Assembly (NCBI GenBank): GCA_023261815.1
Contig: JALNKA010000018.1
Coordinates: 1-18,061, forward strand
Length of the DNA stretch: 18,061 nt
Source: Candidatus Wolframiiraptor sinensis
GTDB lineage: Archaea > Thermoproteota > Nitrososphaeria_A > Caldarchaeales > Wolframiiraptoraceae
Direction: 5' to 3'
Part shown: positions 16,268-18,061 of the stretch, piece after piece
How the letters are laid out: each line of letters begins with the position of its first letter
Position numbering within the stretch: position 1 is the first letter of the stretch
Notes under the pieces: model-generated
The model's input: only the letters and a program-made list of their open reading frames with translations
What the model was told of the DNA's origin: nothing
Databases searched by the model: none
Position numbers and translations under genes: made by a program

Positions 16268-17068
16268 GTGATCGTTGTTAAGGCCGGAGGCAGGGCCCTG
16301 GCGCAGAACCTCAATAACATCGCCCGGAGCATAGCCAAAAGGACTTCTGAGGGCATGAGGATAATATTCGTTCACGGCGGCGGCGACCTCGTATCCGAAT
16401 ACGAGAGGAGGATGGGCATCGAGCCTAGATTCGTGGTCTCGCCGCAGGGCATTAGAAGCAGGTATACGGATGAAGCGGAGCTCGAGGTCTTCGTCATGGT
16501 CATGGCCGGGAAGCTGAATAAGGAGATAGTCTCGAGGCTCCAGAAGTATGGCGCGAGGGCGATCGGGATCTCCGGCGCTGATGGCGGATTCCTGAGAGCT
16601 GAGAGGAAGAAGAGGATAGTGGTGGTTGATGAGCGGGGGCGGGCGAGGGCGATACCCGGCGGATACACGGGCAGGATAATAGAGGTGGATGCCGGCGTCG
16701 CGGAGAAGCTTCTCAGCGGCTTCCAGGTCCTCGTCATCGCGCCGATAGCCCTCGGAGCCGAGCACGAGCTACTGAATGTTGACGCGGATCAGGCGGCGGC
16801 CAGGATCTCCATTAGCCTCAAGGCCGAGAAGCTCCTCATACTCACTGATGTTGAGGGCGTGATCGTGGGCGGGAAGCTCCTAGGCGGAATAAGCGCGGAT
16901 GAGGCGGAGGCGCTCCAAGCCGAGATCGGCGCGGGCATGAATAGGAAGGTTATGATGTGCTGTGAGGCGGTGAGATCCGGCGTGAGGGAGGCGATAATCT
17001 CCACGGGATTAACCGAGGACCCGCTGGAGGCCTTAGAGCGCGAGATCGGAACCAGGATCAGGGCCTGA
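16268..17068 (+). CDS. lysZ: [LysW]-aminoadipate/glutamate kinase (LysZ/ArgB)
   Basis: IVVKAGG, VHGGG, SRYTD, GGYTGRI, LLNVDADQAA, LTDVEG and GMNRK. GTG start with GGAGG RBS. Confidence 0.95.
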   Translation: MIVVKAGGRALAQNLNNIARSIAKRTSEGMRIIFVHGGGDLVSEYERRMGIEPRFVVSPQGIRSRYTDEAELEVFVMVMAGKLNKEIVSRLQKYGARAIGISGADGGFLRAERKKRIVVVDERGRARAIPGGYTGRIIEVDAGVAEKLLSGFQVLVIAPIALGAEHELLNVDADQAAARISISLKAEKLLILTDVEGVIVGGKLLGGISADEAEALQAEIGAGMNRKVMMCCEAVRSGVREAIISTGLTEDPLEALEREIGTRIRA

Positions 17069-17127
17069 GCGATGAAATAACTTAATATTTTTGCTCTCAT
17101 AGCTTAAGAGCTGTTAGGGTGTTAGGG

Positions 17128-17304
17128 ATGCCCGTCCTGAAGTGCCCGATCTGCGGGGGAGATGTCGAGGTTCCCGATGACGCTCTGCCGGGAGAGTTCT
17201 TCGAGCACGATGAATGCGGGTCTCAGCTCGAGCTCGAGGTGGATGAGAACGGAGAGATGAGGTTGAAGCAGGCCGAGGAAATCTCCGAGGACTGGGGTGA
17301 GTAG
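17128..17304 (+). CDS. lysW: Amino-group carrier protein LysW
   Basis: Small acidic Zn-ribbon protein (CPICG...HDECG) ending in EDWGE. An AT-rich promoter-like element of its own lies at ~17075-17092. Confidence 0.97.
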   Translation: MPVLKCPICGGDVEVPDDALPGEFFEHDECGSQLELEVDENGEMRLKQAEEISEDWGE

Positions 17305-17378
17305 CTCGACCTCCATCGCCTTCTCTCCAACGTCGAGTATCTTTCTCCGCGTATAAATCCTGCTTTTGAGGCGCGGCC

Positions 17379-17690
17379 TTAGCGTATTTGCATCTCTATG
17401 CTGACATCCTCGGGTATCTGGATTCTCATTATCTCCCTCATGACCCTTTGATCTGTTATCTCGAGACCTATGAGCCTCCTGTGTATCCTCAGCTCGTGCT
17501 TTCTCCAAGTCTTCGACCCCTCGCCGCACGGCGACTTCCGGACTGGCAGGACGAGCCTCCTCCTCGGGAGCGGGATCGGGCCGCTTATCCTCGTCCCAGT
17601 CCTCAGCGCTATCTCCTTGATCTCAGAGCATACTCTCTCAATCTTCTCGAGATCCGTGCTAGTCAGCTTAATCCGCACATTCGTCGGCAT
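17379..17690 (-). CDS. rpsJ: 30S ribosomal protein S10 (uS10)
   Basis: RIKL.S, SGPIPLP, RKSPCGEG..TW, ELRIHRRLI and IPEDVSIE. Start placed at ATG MPTNVRI. Confidence 0.96.
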   Translation of the reverse strand: MPTNVRIKLTSTDLEKIERVCSEIKEIALRTGTRISGPIPLPRRRLVLPVRKSPCGEGSKTWRKHELRIHRRLIGLEITDQRVMREIMRIQIPEDVSIEMQIR

Positions 17691-17730
17691 GCCAAGCCCC
17701 ACCCATCCAACCTCCCGAGAATCCAGAGCA

Positions 17731-17747
17731 CCTTATATACCCTGTTA
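17731..17747 (-). promoter_or_regulatory. BRE/TATA promoter of rpsJ
   Basis: Minus strand TAACAGGG-TATATAAGG, ~43 nt upstream of the ATG. Confidence 0.65.
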
Positions 17748-17770
17748 TCACCCAGATCCACACACCTCTC

Positions 17771-18061
17771 CTTTCAATTCTCTTTTTGAGATTCACAAGA
17801 TCCCGGGGGAGCCGGCGGTCAGGGACTGCGTGATCTTCGACTTTCAATTCTCTTTTTGAGATTCGTATCCGGCATCCCGCTCGCGTTGGGCGAGGCCATA
17901 ATCTCTTTCAATTCTCTTTTTGAGATTCGACGAAAGATGAATTGCGCAAGATCTTGATGCACTCGTCTCCGCTTTCAATTCTCTTTTTGAGATTCCCTCG
18001 GCCATGAAGCCGATGAACTCTTTCCCGTTTATTTTGTCTTTCAATTCTCTTTTTGAGATTC
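17771..18061 (-). CRISPR. CRISPR array (truncated at window edge): repeat GAATCTCAAAAAGAGAATTGAAAG x5, spacers 46/40/43/42 nt
   Basis: Identical 24-mers CTTTCAATTCTCTTTTTGAGATTC at 17771, 17841, 17905, 17972 and 18038. The ATTGAAAG 3' end on the minus strand gives the orientation, so the leader lies outside the window. Confidence 0.98.

Noticed and set aside
15187-16356. 389-aa minus-strand ORF
   Set aside because: Antisense shadow of lysY/lysZ, Arg/Pro/His-rich with no motifs. The same applies to the many other short overlapping ORFs in the track.
17128-17304. His replacing a Cys in the LysW zinc ribbon
   Set aside because: A CxxC...H..CG arrangement is, to my knowledge, also found in crenarchaeal LysW proteins, so it is not unusual.
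17351-17374. Possible degenerate CRISPR repeat downstream of rpsJ (15/24 ungapped identity)
   Set aside because: The ATTGAAAG handle is not preserved, a similar 14/24 match occurs after tRNA-Glu (~6036-6059), and the segment is better explained as a BRE/TATA-like element.
17844-18044. 66-aa ORF (and others) across the CRISPR array
   Set aside because: Chance open frames through repeats and spacers.

Overview
Mostly housekeeping region of a TACK-type, probably thermophilic archaeon. The lineage is inferred from ribosomal protein S26e, tetraether lipid synthase Tes, the LysW carrier pathway, BRE/TATA promoters and CCA-less tRNAs. Left to right it holds: tRNA-Thr(CGT), uppP, a co-oriented run of four genes (Cys-rich radical SAM, unknown protein, isochorismatase-like hydrolase, YbaK deacylase), tRNA-Ile(GAT), sppA, a flavin reductase, tRNA-Glu(CTC), convergent SDR and Zn-dependent dehydrogenases, tes, an AAG/MPG glycosylase, a CytX-like permease, a PPP phosphatase, htrA, rps26e, an argX-lysY-lysZ-lysW cluster, a stand-alone rps10, and the trailer end of a CRISPR array (5 identical 24-nt repeats, 4 spacers, no cas genes in view). 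The window begins exactly at a tRNA 3' end and ends exactly at a repeat end. No clearly novel system can be proven from the sequence alone. The best leads are the uncharacterised radical SAM/TraB-like/hydrolase/YbaK run, an apparent promoter antisense to lysW, the CRISPR trailer running into rps10, active-site variants in several enzymes, and several promoter-overlapping palindromes.
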